From: Gammaproteobacteria bacterium
GTDB lineage: Bacteria; Pseudomonadota; Gammaproteobacteria; JAAEPA01
DNA length: 43,957 nucleotides
Direction: 5' to 3'
Assembly (NCBI GenBank): GCA_024222475.1
Contig: JAAEPA010000958.1
Location: 1 to 43,957 of the forward strand
The notes below the pieces were generated by a model that did no database searches, had not been told where the DNA came from, and worked only from the letters and a program-made list of their open reading frames with translations. Each line of letters starts with the position of its first letter. Positions within the stretch are counted from its first letter, which is position 1. The position numbers were made by a program, and so were the translations under genes. Positions 1 to 11,081 of this stretch are shown here, in pieces.

Positions 1-109
1 ATTGCCACGCATTGGAGGACTCCATCATCGTTATGTACGTATTGCCGCGTGACTCAAGTTCCTGAGAGCTAACACATAAACTCCTACGATCCTATTTTCA
101 GAAGGGACA
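1..109 (+). mobile_element. 3' end of an IS element (C-terminus of an rve/integrase-core transposase plus right end), cut by window edge
   Basis: Frame 2 (2-52) reads LPRIGGLHHRYVRIAA*, a typical C-terminus of integrase-core IS transposases. It is followed by ...ATTTTCAGAAGGGACA ending at 109, resembling the end of the related IS at 3616. Confidence 0.7.
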
Positions 110-312
110 ACGGTGTTAATGCGGTAGTTAACCGCCGGGCTGCCGGCACTTTTGACGTGCCTACTGTTATCCTCAATGAAATTGCCGATCACGATATCGA
201 TATTGTGGTGATGGGTGGATATGGTACGCCCAGCCTGAAACAGAAAATCTTCGGTGGCGTAACCCGCACATTGTTATCAACCATGATAGTGCCAGTGATG
301 ATGTCGCACTAA
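110..312 (+). pseudogene. Universal stress protein (UspA family) C-terminal remnant, interrupted by IS
   Basis: Frame 1 reads ...ILNEIADHDIDIVVMGGYGTPSLKQKIFGGVTRTLLSTMIVPVMMSH*, a USP C-terminal signature. The upstream frame is closed (TAA 70-72) and occupied by IS sequence. Confidence 0.8.
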
Positions 313-333
313 TTGGGAATTTACCGACTAGTC

Positions 334-1599
334 TTAAGCCTTACTTGCAATCAGCGTGGCGTTAACACCACCAAAGCCAAGGCCATTGCAGATGGCATGT
401 TCAACCTTATGTCCGATTGATTGTTTCGGTACCAGATTAAGGTCAGATAGATTCTCATCAGCCTGCTCAAGGTTCAGGGTCGGCGGCAATCTGTTTTCTC
501 GAAGCGCGAGAATAGTAAAGATACTTTCAATGCCACCTGCGGCACCCAGTAAATGACCGGTCGCAGACTTGGTCGAAGAAATGGGGATATCCGGCAAATG
601 GTCGGCGAAGACGTTCCGCAGGGCAGCCACTTCCGTCTTATCGCCAACCGGGGTCGATGTCGCGTGCGCGTTGATATAATCAATATCTTGCGCTTCCAGT
701 TCGGCTTTTGCCAGCGCCGTCCTGATAGCTGCCGCACCGCCTGAGCCATCCTCAGGTCCGGAGGTAATGTGGTGCGCGTCGGCACTGGTGCCATAACCAC
801 TTAAAACCGCCAGCGGTTTTGCGCCGCGTTCAAGCGCATGTTCGAGCGTTTCAATCACCAGTAATCCGGCGCCTTCGCCCATGACGAAGCCGTCGCGGTC
901 GCGGTCGAACGGACGCGATGCTTTTGCAGGTTCATCGTTTCGCGTAGAGAGCGCGCGCATGGTGTGGAAACTGGCGAGCGCAAGCGGGTCAACACAGGCC
1001 TCGGTGCCACCGACCAGTGCCACTTCGGCTTCACCGCACTGGATTAAACGCCGGCCGTCGCCGATGGCCTGGATGCCCGCCGCGCAGGCAGTCACTGGGC
1101 AACCTATCGGGCCCTTTAAACCATAGAAAATGGATAGATTCCCCGCCGCCAGATTCGCCAGAAAAGCCGGTGCGACAAACGGAGACAGGCGCTTATAACC
1201 CCTTGTGTCGAGCGTCTTTTGCGCATCGGTGATAGTTGGAAATCCACCGATACCGGTACCGACGATGGTCGCGGTCGCAATTTGGTCCGCTAAATCGCTA
1301 GGGAACCAGTTGGCCTGGGTGAGTGCTTCTTCCGCAGCCGCCAGTGCGTAGAGCGTGAACAGGTCAATCCTCCGACGCTCCTTGCGCGAAACGATATCTT
1401 CAGGATTGAGACCGGCGATCTCGTCTTCCTCATGATTTGGCACGAGGCCGGCAATCTTGATCGGGAAATCTTCAACGTCAAAACGGTCGATAGAGCCAAT
1501 GCCGCTTTCACCGGCGATTAAGCGGCTCCATACCTTGTCGACACCACAACCCAGTGGGCTGACTATGCCCATACCGGTAACTACGATTTTTTCTCTCAT
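334..1599 (-). CDS. fabF: Beta-ketoacyl-ACP synthase II (stand-alone FabF paralog)
   Basis: VVTGMGIVSPLG start, VTACAAG catalytic Cys, HATST and GHLLG His residues, RDGFVMGEGAG, NGLGFGG. Confidence 0.93.
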   Translation of the reverse strand: MREKIVVTGMGIVSPLGCGVDKVWSRLIAGESGIGSIDRFDVEDFPIKIAGLVPNHEEDEIAGLNPEDIVSRKERRRIDLFTLYALAAAEEALTQANWFPSDLADQIATATIVGTGIGGFPTITDAQKTLDTRGYKRLSPFVAPAFLANLAAGNLSIFYGLKGPIGCPVTACAAGIQAIGDGRRLIQCGEAEVALVGGTEACVDPLALASFHTMRALSTRNDEPAKASRPFDRDRDGFVMGEGAGLLVIETLEHALERGAKPLAVLSGYGTSADAHHITSGPEDGSGGAAAIRTALAKAELEAQDIDYINAHATSTPVGDKTEVAALRNVFADHLPDIPISSTKSATGHLLGAAGGIESIFTILALRENRLPPTLNLEQADENLSDLNLVPKQSIGHKVEHAICNGLGFGGVNATLIASKA

Positions 1600-1656
1600 A
1601 AATGATCCGGAACCAAAATACTTAATTTGGAATCAGACTTTAATCGCGTGTAATAT

Positions 1657-1670
1657 ATGATCAAGATAAT
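1657..1670. promoter_or_regulatory. Possible TetR operator in the divergent fabF/tetR intergenic region
   Basis: Imperfect palindrome ATGATC-AA-GATAAT in an AT-rich context between divergent genes. Confidence 0.3.
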
Positions 1671-1716
1671 TTTTTGGATCTGCCTGTGAAGTCAGTATTC
1701 ATAGCTGGAGACGGGG

Positions 1717-2340
1717 ATGCCTTACACACTTGAACACAAAACCAGATCGAAGGAGCGAATTCTGGAATCTGCCACCGAACTTTTCTGCCGCTTTGGCTTT
1801 GATAAAGTTTCCATAAATCAAGTCATGAAACTGGCGAAGATGACGCATGGTGCGTTTTACGCGCATTTTGAATCGAAGGAAGCGCTGTATAAAGCGTCAT
1901 TTTTACAGACATTAAATGGCAGTAGTACCGGCCGACTCGCAAAAGCACCGTTTTCAATCAAGCATTTGACGCAAATCGCCAGCAATTTGCTCAACTTGCG
2001 CGCCTTATCCGAGCAGTCTCGGCCCTCACCCGAAAATATTTTGTTTAATGAAATTGGTAGCGATAGTGCCGAAATTAGAAGTCTGTATGAAAAGTCGTAC
2101 TTGGGTGTTCTGAAAATCCTCGAAAAACGAATTACCGCGCTGAGTAAGCTCAACAAAGTCTCTTTCGCTGCCAGCCAGATAACCATTACCGAGAAATCCC
2201 GCGCCATGCTCGCGGCCCTAGTCGGGGCTGTTGCGATCGCCAAGAGCATTCAGAGCGAAGAAGAGCGCCAGCGTATTTTAACTGCCGCGCAGAACCAGAT
2301 TTTAACCATGCTCGGCGTCAGTGAGTTGACCGTCGATTAA
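1717..2340 (+). CDS. TetR/AcrR family transcriptional regulator
   Basis: N-terminal HTH: RILESATELFCRFGFDKVSINQVMKLAKMTHGAFYAHFESKEALY. Divergent from fabF; GGAG-containing RBS upstream. Confidence 0.93.
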   Translation: MPYTLEHKTRSKERILESATELFCRFGFDKVSINQVMKLAKMTHGAFYAHFESKEALYKASFLQTLNGSSTGRLAKAPFSIKHLTQIASNLLNLRALSEQSRPSPENILFNEIGSDSAEIRSLYEKSYLGVLKILEKRITALSKLNKVSFAASQITITEKSRAMLAALVGAVAIAKSIQSEEERQRILTAAQNQILTMLGVSELTVD

Positions 2341-2419
2341 CCGCTGTTTCTGTATTCGACTGAGTTTTTTGATTTCGAACTCGCGTTTGCTCGCGCTGCT
2401 GCGAGTGTGCTCACTTTCC

Positions 2420-3616
2420 TATCCATGGCGAATTGTAACTTCTCGTGTGAAAACAGGCGATTGAGAAATCTTGCGCCTGATAGCGATCTGCCCTACTCTG
2501 TTTCTCCATGAAGGATCTGATCGTGCTCTTCATACATCTGATGGCCACCCTCGCCAAACTCATGGGACCCGGCGGCGCAAAAGCCGTTGTCGCAGACAGC
2601 CTTCTTATGAAACAGCAACTCCTGGTAATCAATCGCTCTCGGCAACGCGCACCCAATCTTCCAGCGCTTGATCGATTCCTGCTTGGCTTCTGGTCACTGT
2701 TTCTCAGTCCACACCCTATCCTACGGGCCGCGGTTGTCATCAAACCATCAACACTACTGAGATTCCACTAAGCACTCAAGAAACGTAAATACCAGCTGCT
2801 GTTTTCACCCCGCAGAAGAGGCAAACCCGGGCCAAAAGGACCCTCCCCTGAAATTATCCAGGTCATCGTTGAGATGAAACGAAGGAATCCACGATTTGGG
2901 TGCCCCCGGATCGCGCAACAGATCTCCAAAGCATTCGGTATCGAAATCGATAAGGGCGTGGTTAGGCGAGTCCTTGCAAAGCACTACCGGCTAGAACCTG
3001 ATGGCAGTGGGCCTTCTTGGTTAACCTTTATTGGACACATGAAGGACAGCCTCTGGAGCGTCGACCTGTTTCGATGTGAATCCATTACGTTGAAGAGCCA
3101 CTGGGTGCTGGTTGTCATGGATCAGTTCACCCGGCGCCTAATAGGCTTTGATGTGCACGCCGGTGATGTCGATGGCACTGCGCTGTGTCGAATGTTCAAT
3201 AAAGCGATTTCAGGGATGGGCATCCCGAAGCACCTTAGCACTGACCATGATCCGCTGTTTGAATATCATCGATGGCAAGCCAATCTCCGAATCCTGGATG
3301 TCGAGGAAATCAAGACCGTTCCCCACACGCCAGTATCGCATCCGTTTGTCGAACGACTGATAGGGACTCTACGCCGTGAGTTTTTAGACCACTTACTCTT
3401 TTGGAATTCCCGTGACTTGGACAGAAAACTTGAAGAGTTCAGAGAATATTACAACGATTATCGTGTGCATACGTCGCTCGATGGTGATACACCAATGGAA
3501 TTCAGCGGGGATGCGGTCATCAATAGAACTGATCGCCACCAATTCAGGTGGCACATACATTGTCGCGGGCTATTCCAGCTGCCGATTGCAGCGTGATTTA
3601 CAATTCGCCAGGCACA
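2420..3616 (+). mobile_element. IS element (about 1.2 kb, rve/DDE integrase-core transposase, IS3/IS481-related) with imperfect terminal inverted repeats
   Basis: Left end TATCCATGGCGAATTGTAA (2420-2438) matches the reverse complement of the right end TGTGCCTGGCGAATTGTAA (3598-3616) at 16/19 positions. No clear target duplication. Confidence 0.8.
2508..3596 (+). pseudogene. Transposase with in-frame premature stop
   Basis: ORFs 2508-2771 and 2874-3596 share a frame. After TAA (2769-2771) the frame continues ALKKRKYQLLFSPRRRGKPGPKGPS. DDE residues lie in WSVDLF, STDHD and FVERLIGTLRRE. Confidence 0.85.
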
Positions 3617-3791
3617 GCTTTTCACTTCGATCACTTTTCAACCAGACAGCGTCCTAATCCCCGAACCGCTATGGCGCATCGTCCGTATTGGGCACAACGG
3701 CTTCCCCGCGGCAAAGACAATGTACTATGGGTCCTGAAAACTCATTCGTCATGAGTATACACCCTGCTGGTGGCGCGCTTCGCTTCGGCAC

Positions 3792-6359
3792 TCACCGTGG
3801 TAACTGCCGTTCATCGATGTCGTGTTTTTTACCGCTGATAACGCTACGCAGGGTTGAGCGAAGCACGTTTAACTTGATGGGTTTATCTAAAAATCTGGAG
3901 ATGGCGCCATTATTGATTGCGTTTATAACAGTTTGTCGGTCACTCTGGCCGCTGAGCATGATGCGTACCGTTCCCGGATGGATTTTACTGACACGTTTCA
4001 GAAATTCAACGCCATCCATCCCGGGCATGAAATAGTCTGAAATCACAACACTAACGTTATTCTTTGCCAGCAGTTTCAGTCCGTCCCCGGCGCTACTCGC
4101 TGTGAGTGCCGAATAGCCTGCCTGACCAACCAGTCTGGCAAGTCCCGCGAGGGTATTGTGGTCGTCGTCTACCAGCAGCACAGCAGGGTGCAAGTTGGTC
4201 TGATCATGGAACTCTGGCTTGCGAATTGCCTGCTTTTCCACGAATACAGATAATTCCTCAGCGGGCATTGGATGACCTAAGTAAAAACCCTGGATTTCAT
4301 CGCATCGGAGCTTTTTCAGCATCTTAAGTTGTGCCTTAGTCTCTACACCTTCGGCTGTTACTTCAAGCCCCATGCCATGAGCCATTTTGATTACTGCAGT
4401 CGCGATGGCAATATCGTTGGGATCTGTTACGATATCACGCACAAACATACTGTCGATCTTTATTCGGTCGATAGGAAACCGCTTCAAATAGGCAAGGTTT
4501 GAATAACCAGTGCCAAAATCATCAATGGCAACGAGGATGCCATGAGATTTCAGTTGCTTCAGTATCTGAATGGCGCTCGCAGCATCACTCATCAACAAAC
4601 TTTCCGTGACCTCGAGTTCCAGCATTGACGGTTGCAGACCGGTATCATTAAGTACCCTGGTAATCAGTTGGTAAAAATCCGCATGTGAGAACTGGCGTAC
4701 CGAGATGTTTACTGCAATTCGCTCAAACCCGAGCCCTGCGTTATACCATGCTTTTGCCTGGCTGCATGCAGTGTGCAATGCCCATTCACCTATCGGTTTG
4801 ATGAGACCCGTCTCTTCAGCAAGCGGTATGAAATTGGCCGGACTCACGGATCCAAGTTCCGTATTATTCCAGCGCAGCAGGGCCTCGATTCCGCAGATCC
4901 TGCCATTTTCAGCATCCCGTTGCGGCTGGTAATGTAGGCTGAGCTCGCCCAGGTCGAGCGCCTTGCGCAAATGCCGTTCCATTATTAGACGCCGGCTTGC
5001 GTCTTCGTTCATGGACTCATCGAAGAACCTGTAAGTACTTTTGCCGGCATGCTTGGCAGAGTACATTGCCATGTCAGCGTGTTTGAGCAGCGTTTCAGTC
5101 AGAGTGCCATCCTGTGGGAATACTGCGATACCAACGCTCGGTGTTACAAATACCTCGTGCCCCCCCAGCTTGAATGGCTGAGATACGATATCGAGAATCT
5201 TGTCGGCCACGATGGCGGCATCTTGTGAATGTGCTATCTCAGCCAGCAAAACGGTGAATTCATCCCCCCCCAGGCGTGCAAGGTTGCTGTTATGTTTGTC
5301 ATTACTTGATTGACAAACTGTATCCGATGAATACAGGCTATGGCTGATACGCTCGGCAACCATCTTTAGCAACTTATCACCGATGCCATGCCCAAGGTTG
5401 TCATTGACACGTTTAAAATCGTCAAGATCAAGGAACAGCATTGCAGCCTGATGATGGTGGCGTTTTGCATGCTCCAGCACCAGTTTAACCTGGGTCATGA
5501 AAAAGCCGCGGTTGGGCAAGCCAGTCAGATTGTCGTAGTAAGCAAGTTTTTGTATCCGTTCCTCGGCAAGCCTGATTTCGGTAATGTCCTGCAGGGTGCC
5601 TTGGAGACTGCAAACCTGGCCTTTTCCGTTAAAGACAGCTTCACCTTGCATGCGTACGTGACGTTCTATTCCGCCCTGTCTGGCAATACGATAAATAATG
5701 CTGCTGGCATCACCCGTTGCAATAGCATTTCTGAACCAAATTCTTACCCGATCCTTGTCGCTGCCATGCACCCACGGGATCGATCTAAAATGTGAAGGTG
5801 AGGGATCATCTTGCAAGCCGAGTATCCGAAGCGTTTGACTTGAACAGGATACCGTCGAGAATTTCCTGTTCCACTCCCAGCTTCCGAGATTGGCAATGCG
5901 CTGCGCATTGGCGAGACGCCGTTCACTGTCAGTCAGGCGTTCCATTGCCTGGTAAGCGCGCAGCATATAACGTACGCGGTGCACAAGCAGCGTATAGTTA
6001 ATCGGCTTGGTTATGAAATCGGTTGCGCCTGCAGCATAGGCGTGATTCACCGAGTCAACATCATCCAGCCCAGTCATCATAAGTACAGGGACATGTTTTC
6101 CGTCAGCCAGCTTGCGCAGCTCGGCACACATCGTAAAACCATCCATTTCAGGCATCATGACATCCAGCAGGATCATTGATGGAGACCGTTGATTAAACAT
6201 GGCAAGCGCCTGTTGTCCATTGTCAGCCTCAACAACAGTGAAGCCGGCCTGCGCCAAGGCCGCAGCGACTAGAAGGCGGACACTGAAATCATCATCGACA
6301 ACCAGCACCGGCGGCTGATGTTGCCGATCAGGTGATTCGAACATAGTCATCATTGTCAT
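3792..6359 (-). CDS. Response-regulator diguanylate cyclase/phosphodiesterase (REC-PAS-GGDEF-EAL-REC)
   Basis: N-terminal REC (VVDDD...LLDVMMP), [36 protein letters not shown], and C-terminal REC (LLVDDD...ISDYFMP). Exact start Met uncertain. Confidence 0.93.
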   Translation of the reverse strand: MTMMTMFESPDRQHQPPVLVVDDDFSVRLLVAAALAQAGFTVVEADNGQQALAMFNQRSPSMILLDVMMPEMDGFTMCAELRKLADGKHVPVLMMTGLDDVDSVNHAYAAGATDFITKPINYTLLVHRVRYMLRAYQAMERLTDSERRLANAQRIANLGSWEWNRKFSTVSCSSQTLRILGLQDDPSPSHFRSIPWVHGSDKDRVRIWFRNAIATGDASSIIYRIARQGGIERHVRMQGEAVFNGKGQVCSLQGTLQDITEIRLAEERIQKLAYYDNLTGLPNRGFFMTQVKLVLEHAKRHHHQAAMLFLDLDDFKRVNDNLGHGIGDKLLKMVAERISHSLYSSDTVCQSSNDKHNSNLARLGGDEFTVLLAEIAHSQDAAIVADKILDIVSQPFKLGGHEVFVTPSVGIAVFPQDGTLTETLLKHADMAMYSAKHAGKSTYRFFDESMNEDASRRLIMERHLRKALDLGELSLHYQPQRDAENGRICGIEALLRWNNTELGSVSPANFIPLAEETGLIKPIGEWALHTACSQAKAWYNAGLGFERIAVNISVRQFSHADFYQLITRVLNDTGLQPSMLELEVTESLLMSDAASAIQILKQLKSHGILVAIDDFGTGYSNLAYLKRFPIDRIKIDSMFVRDIVTDPNDIAIATAVIKMAHGMGLEVTAEGVETKAQLKMLKKLRCDEIQGFYLGHPMPAEELSVFVEKQAIRKPEFHDQTNLHPAVLLVDDDHNTLAGLARLVGQAGYSALTASSAGDGLKLLAKNNVSVVISDYFMPGMDGVEFLKRVSKIHPGTVRIMLSGQSDRQTVINAINNGAISRFLDKPIKLNVLRSTLRSVISGKKHDIDERQLPR

Positions 6360-8592
6360 GATCCGGTGTCATGTGCGCCAAGAGAGTAGTTTCCACCTGC
6401 CGGTAGGAGCCTTCCATTTTGGCGGCTGCAGTATGACAATTATGGAGGCAGTCTTGACGCGCCGCAGTCTCGATTTCAGCAAACAGTGCGGCCAGTGAGC
6501 CGGCGCCAAGCGTGGCGCTGGCTGATTTCAGGGTATGTGCAGTCAGGCGTGCTGCTTCTGCCTGGTTACCTTCTATGCTGTTGCGCAGGCTGATTATCTG
6601 GTCTGGTGCGGTGTGCAGATAATGCCCAATCACCTTGTTTAAAATATTCGGCTTTCCTGGTTGTTGCAGCTTACGGATGTTGTTGATTGTGTCCAGATCA
6701 AGTGTTGTTGTGCCGGCAATCATGGCGGATTTCTGAACAGGATGTTCCGGCGCTGGCATTTCGGATACCTGCTGCTGTAGTACTATGCGGCGATCAAGCA
6801 GCTCGAACAGCTGCGCCCGGGTATAGGGCTTTGCCAGGTAATCATCCATTCCTGCGGCAAGCACCTTTTGGCGGTCTCCTTTCATTGCGTTTGCAGTCAA
6901 GCCGATAATCGGAATTCGCTTACCAGCATTTTCCTGTTCAAGCTTGCGAATTCGTCGCGTGGCTTCATAGCCATCCATGCCCGGCATCTGGCAATCCATG
7001 AGAATTGCATCAAATTCCTGTGCTTCGAGAGCACTGATTGCATCATGACCGTTCTCCACCAAGATGACACCAATGCCTGACAGTTCTAGCATATTCAGTG
7101 CAACTTCTTGGTTCACCGGGTTGTCTTCCGCAACCAGGATGTGTCGTTTCAGGCGGCCTTGTTCGGTGATAGATTTTTGCGCTTGTCCCGATCTACCCAT
7201 GTCATCACCCTCCGGCTCAGACACACTTTTCAGCAGACCCTGTAACAAGAATTTCTGGCGTACAGGTTTGTTCAGGAATACCGTGCCGGCGGGGACTGAG
7301 AATAACGCAGGATCCTCATCGAAATCCGTGGTGCGTAACAGCATCAAGCCGGCATTCGGAATATTGGGCTCAGCGATAATAAGTTCTGTCAGCCGGATTC
7401 CGTTCATATCAGTGAGTTGGCTGTCCAGCAGTACCTTGTCGTAAGCCTGGTGAGATAATGCGGCTTCGCCCAACATGTTTATAGCCTGCTCTGCATTATC
7501 CGCTGACATGGTAAATATTCCCCAGCCCCTTAACTGATTACATAGGGCTTCACGGCTGGTGGAATTACTGCTCACGACCAGCATTCGCTGATTGCTCAAC
7601 TGCGGGTAGCTATCGGTAATCAAGGTTTTTGCGGCAGGATGCGCGTCCAGCACCAGAGTAAACATGAATTTTGCTCCATGGCCTGGTGCGCTTTCCATGC
7701 TGATTTCCCCACCCATGAGATTGACCAGTTGTCTGGAGATAGCGAGACCTAGTCCGGTGCCTCCATACTTGCGTGTAGTGGATCCATCGGCTTGTGAAAA
7801 GGCCTTGAATATTTGGGTCTGAATGCCAAGATCGACACCAATGCCGGTATCGGAAACCTCAAAGCCAATCCGTGCACTGCGATTATCAAGTTCAATGATA
7901 TCTATGCGTGCCACAACTTCACCGGTCTCGGTAAACTTGATGGCGTTACCAAGCAGGTTGACGAGTACCTGGCGTAATCTGCCTGGATCACCGCGCACAC
8001 TGCGTGGCATTTTTACTGGGAGAATACCAAGCAACTCCAAACCCTTTTTGTGGGCGCGTTCGGCAAAAAACTCAAGTGTTTCCTCGACCAGTTCACGCAG
8101 CTCAAAGTCGGTGATTTCGAGTTCCAGTTTACCGGCCTCGACCTTGGAAAAATCAAGAATGTCATTGATGATATTCAGCAGTGTTGTACCCGCACGGTAT
8201 GCCGTCTCACCCAGGTGACGCTGCTTTTCGCTAAGTTCCGTGTTCAGCAACAGTTCAGTCATGCCTAGGACTCCGTTCATGGGAGTACGGATTTCATGAC
8301 TCATGGTGGCGAGAAATTCGCTCTTGATACGACTACCCGCCTCGGCAGCCTCCTTGGCCTGGCGCAAATCCTCGTTTGATTGTTCGAGTTCATGCATAGT
8401 GGCTGTGTAGGCCGAGGTCCGTTCACGAACCTTGTTTTCCAATACGGTAGCAGACTGGAACAGACCGTAGGCGTCACCCTGAAGGTTCATACTGCGTTCG
8501 ACCTTGTTCATCAGCGCCTGGTTAATTTTCTTCAGTCGTACGACTTCCGACTCCAGGTCACGTTTAGATCCATGATTGCCGGGATTCTTCAA
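6328..8592 (-). CDS. Cytoplasmic hybrid histidine kinase (HisKA-HATPase-REC-REC-Hpt)
   Basis: [16 protein letters not shown]-box, [24 protein letters not shown], two receivers (first partly degenerate), Hpt AHTLKSAS. No TM segment; TTG start. Confidence 0.93.
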   Translation of the reverse strand: MKNPGNHGSKRDLESEVVRLKKINQALMNKVERSMNLQGDAYGLFQSATVLENKVRERTSAYTATMHELEQSNEDLRQAKEAAEAGSRIKSEFLATMSHEIRTPMNGVLGMTELLLNTELSEKQRHLGETAYRAGTTLLNIINDILDFSKVEAGKLELEITDFELRELVEETLEFFAERAHKKGLELLGILPVKMPRSVRGDPGRLRQVLVNLLGNAIKFTETGEVVARIDIIELDNRSARIGFEVSDTGIGVDLGIQTQIFKAFSQADGSTTRKYGGTGLGLAISRQLVNLMGGEISMESAPGHGAKFMFTLVLDAHPAAKTLITDSYPQLSNQRMLVVSSNSTSREALCNQLRGWGIFTMSADNAEQAINMLGEAALSHQAYDKVLLDSQLTDMNGIRLTELIIAEPNIPNAGLMLLRTTDFDEDPALFSVPAGTVFLNKPVRQKFLLQGLLKSVSEPEGDDMGRSGQAQKSITEQGRLKRHILVAEDNPVNQEVALNMLELSGIGVILVENGHDAISALEAQEFDAILMDCQMPGMDGYEATRRIRKLEQENAGKRIPIIGLTANAMKGDRQKVLAAGMDDYLAKPYTRAQLFELLDRRIVLQQQVSEMPAPEHPVQKSAMIAGTTTLDLDTINNIRKLQQPGKPNILNKVIGHYLHTAPDQIISLRNSIEGNQAEAARLTAHTLKSASATLGAGSLAALFAEIETAARQDCLHNCHTAAAKMEGSYRQVETTLLAHMTPDHDNDDYVRIT

Positions 8593-8600
8593 TGACAGGC

Positions 8601-9815
8601 CTACTTCTTACTGCCGATAGCAACACCTGTAAATGTCTGGTTTACATGCATGGCATTGTATTGCTCACCGTAGGTCGCAAAGCCGATCACACTATTATCC
8701 GCCATGATCTGGGCAACACTTTCCCGTATATCCTTCTGATCAAGTTCGAGATTACGCAGGATACAATCACAGCCGAGGACCAATACCGGCGCTCCGATTC
8801 GTTGTCGAATGTCTTGAAAAAGGCTTTGCAGATTTTCGATCAGGTCTACTCCCCTGGCCACAGTGAGTACAAGACCCTCATCAATGGCACAGAAGAAATT
8901 CAGGCTCTCATCTTCATTAACTTTCTGAATAGAGCGTACATAGAAGTCTCCGCCAACCTTGACGATCACCGGGTAGGTGGCAAAGATCAGCGGGGTGAGC
9001 TTATTGACCTCAAGACCGACCATGCGCGCATATTCACGACCAGCAGACACACCGTTGATCTCGGTGACGATGCGCTTTTCCGGATCCGCCTCGGTCACGA
9101 CGAATTTCTCTTCCGAAGCAACGAAGTGCTGGGTCTTGAAAACCGTAAAGGGCTGGCTAGTCTGAATAAGGGAAAATACGGCGCAATTGGTGTGGAACTC
9201 TCCCTCGTGATACAAATAAGTAGCATCGAAACTAACACCATCACCGGCAGATCCGCCAAAGATCTGGATATCACCGACTTGACGATAAATGGCACTGACA
9301 ACGGCTTCCTCACGGCCAGACAGGCCATCGATGAGTAAAAAACCGAATGTATTCTGCGCCGAAGGGACATCTGCTTTACGCTGTAATGTGCTGATTAATG
9401 CGTTGGTGGTCCGTTCGCCCTCGACAAACTCAAAATTATCCAGGTTGTCAATCCGACGGGTAACTACCCTGAATCCGTCAGTGCAGATACTGACACCGGT
9501 AAGTGAACCCTCCAAGTAGCCGATTGGAGTGATCTCGCCCGCTGTAGTACAGCCGATGACATGGGTATCACCAAAGTGTAGTTTGAGAGCGGCGGCGAGC
9601 TTAGTAAGATCATATTTCGGCGAGCAATAGAACAACACCAACTCCATGTCAGGCTGTTGCAAGGCATCGAAGAGCTCAGCTGCAGCCACCGCCGGATCAT
9701 CGGTGCAGGAGACCCCTTTGCGAATCTGAAGCTCACTTTGTGCCTCGAGTGAAGAATCTTCCAGATGGGTATTTGGTGCGTGATTGCTTTGTAAGTTACT
9801 CATTATCAGTGCCAT
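8601..9815 (-). CDS. nosP: FIST-domain sensor, NosP-like (heme/NO-sensing family)
   Basis: [63 protein letters not shown] motifs; directly upstream of a hybrid kinase. Confidence 0.88.
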   Translation of the reverse strand: MALIMSNLQSNHAPNTHLEDSSLEAQSELQIRKGVSCTDDPAVAAAELFDALQQPDMELVLFYCSPKYDLTKLAAALKLHFGDTHVIGCTTAGEITPIGYLEGSLTGVSICTDGFRVVTRRIDNLDNFEFVEGERTTNALISTLQRKADVPSAQNTFGFLLIDGLSGREEAVVSAIYRQVGDIQIFGGSAGDGVSFDATYLYHEGEFHTNCAVFSLIQTSQPFTVFKTQHFVASEEKFVVTEADPEKRIVTEINGVSAGREYARMVGLEVNKLTPLIFATYPVIVKVGGDFYVRSIQKVNEDESLNFFCAIDEGLVLTVARGVDLIENLQSLFQDIRQRIGAPVLVLGCDCILRNLELDQKDIRESVAQIMADNSVIGFATYGEQYNAMHVNQTFTGVAIGSKK

Positions 9816-9926
9816 TTAGGTTAGCGCAAAATATCCTATACATCTAACCGAATCGCCAGGCTCCGCGCATACTTCCCGTTAAAAAATCGGTGCCGCTACC
9901 TGACCACTCCGCGCCGGCTTGGTATA

Positions 9927-9953
9927 CTATCGGCATTTTCTGCGCAGACTTAA
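9927..9953 (-). promoter_or_regulatory. Sigma-28 (FliA)-type promoter for the nosP operon
   Basis: Minus strand TTAAGTCT-N11-GCCGATAG versus consensus TAAAGTTT-N11-GCCGATAA, about 110 bp upstream of the nosP start. Confidence 0.65.
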
Positions 9954-10006
9954 TGTGGGTCAGAGAGTAGACAGATACTTTTGAATCTTCTAGGGTAGGA
10001 AATTCA

Positions 10007-10200
10007 CGGTAGTTGTCAAGGAAGATGATGCATTTATTAGGCCGCTTTATCTGTGTCTTTGAGCCCCTTTTTGGTTGATTTACTGGGATTCAGATAGACG
10101 ATGTTTTCAGGCTGCCAATTGCGTGTGGGCCCAGACCAGCGATCAGGCCTTCGCACGCTGGCTACCTTGTAGAGGACGGTATGCTGCGGCAAGATAACTG
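10007..10200 (-). mobile_element. IS3-family-like transposase C-terminal remnant with terminal sequence
   Basis: Minus strand ILPQHTVLYKVASVRRPDRWSGPTRNWQPENIVYLNP...AA* resembles the PERWSGxTRNW...VxLNP tail of IS3-type OrfB proteins. It is followed by CTTGACAACTACCG. Upstream boundary approximate. Confidence 0.7.
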
Positions 10201-11062
10201 CTTTTCTCTGCGCGATGGCGGCGCGCACCAACAACCGCTCATATTATTCTTACATATTCCAAAAACGGGGGGGACAACCCTCAACAAACACCTTTACAGA
10301 CACTGCCACACTAAAAATAACGATATTGCGGGAAATGATTATCTACACTCTGGGATTTACTATTTCCCCTTTGGCTTTTTTAAAGAGCCGAACTCCTCGC
10401 TACCCCCTAACGCCCAGCAAATACTTTCCAGCGACGATCTTCGCGCTATATTGGGGCATTTTCGCTTTGGGGTTCACCGTCATGTCACTCGGCCCTGGAC
10501 TTATATCACCCTGCTCCGTAACCCCGTAGACCGGATCATTTCACTGTTCTGCCACCTGAAATTGGCACCGGACATGACTCTGAAGGAGTTTGTTTTAAAG
10601 GCTCCCTATCGGGAAATAGACAACGATCAGACCCGTCGCATCTCAGGACTTGAACCTGCGTTGGGTCAGTGCACGAGAAGCACCCTTGCGCAGGCAAAAG
10701 ATAATCTACATAAATATTTTTCCGTGGTGGGGCTCACTGAGCGATTTGACGAATCTTTGATCCTGCTACAACGTCACTTCAGGTGGGACAAGCAACTTTA
10801 CTTTTACCTCAAAAACGTCAACCCGAACCGACCCTCGCGGGAGACCTATTCGAAGAAGACTCTGGAGGCCATTTACGACAGGAATGCGCTGGACATTCAG
10901 CTATATGCATTCGCCCAGCAACGATTGGAGGCACTTATCGCCCGGCAGGGCCAAGGATTCCACGAACAGTTGGACTGTTATAGGTCCCTAAAAAGAAATG
11001 CGCTGAGAACTAAGGACAAAAGGGCAAGCCAGATGGGAAAGCTTTCTCGACAGCATTTGTAA
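10181..11062 (+). CDS. PAPS-dependent sulfotransferase (family 2-like); N-terminus uncertain
   Basis: FLHIPKTGGTT 5'-PSB loop, LLRNPVDRIIS 3'-PB motif, VGLTERFDESL, NALDIQLY. Confidence 0.85.
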   Translation: MLRQDNCFSLRDGGAHQQPLILFLHIPKTGGTTLNKHLYRHCHTKNNDIAGNDYLHSGIYYFPFGFFKEPNSSLPPNAQQILSSDDLRAILGHFRFGVHRHVTRPWTYITLLRNPVDRIISLFCHLKLAPDMTLKEFVLKAPYREIDNDQTRRISGLEPALGQCTRSTLAQAKDNLHKYFSVVGLTERFDESLILLQRHFRWDKQLYFYLKNVNPNRPSRETYSKKTLEAIYDRNALDIQLYAFAQQRLEALIARQGQGFHEQLDCYRSLKRNALRTKDKRASQMGKLSRQHL

Positions 11063-11081
11063 TGAATGCTACCTATACACG

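Noticed and set aside
2769-2771. In-frame stop in the transposase as possible recoding or readthrough
   Set aside because: It is TAA, not TGA or TAG, with no obvious recoding signal; a nonsense mutation is simpler.
3617-3791. Short ORFs between the IS end and the c-di-GMP gene
   Set aside because: No recognisable motif in the frames examined; may be a gene relic but cannot be supported.
8592-9338. 248-aa plus-strand ORF and the many other short antisense ORFs in the track
   Set aside because: Shadow frames of well-supported genes on the opposite strand, with no recognisable motifs.
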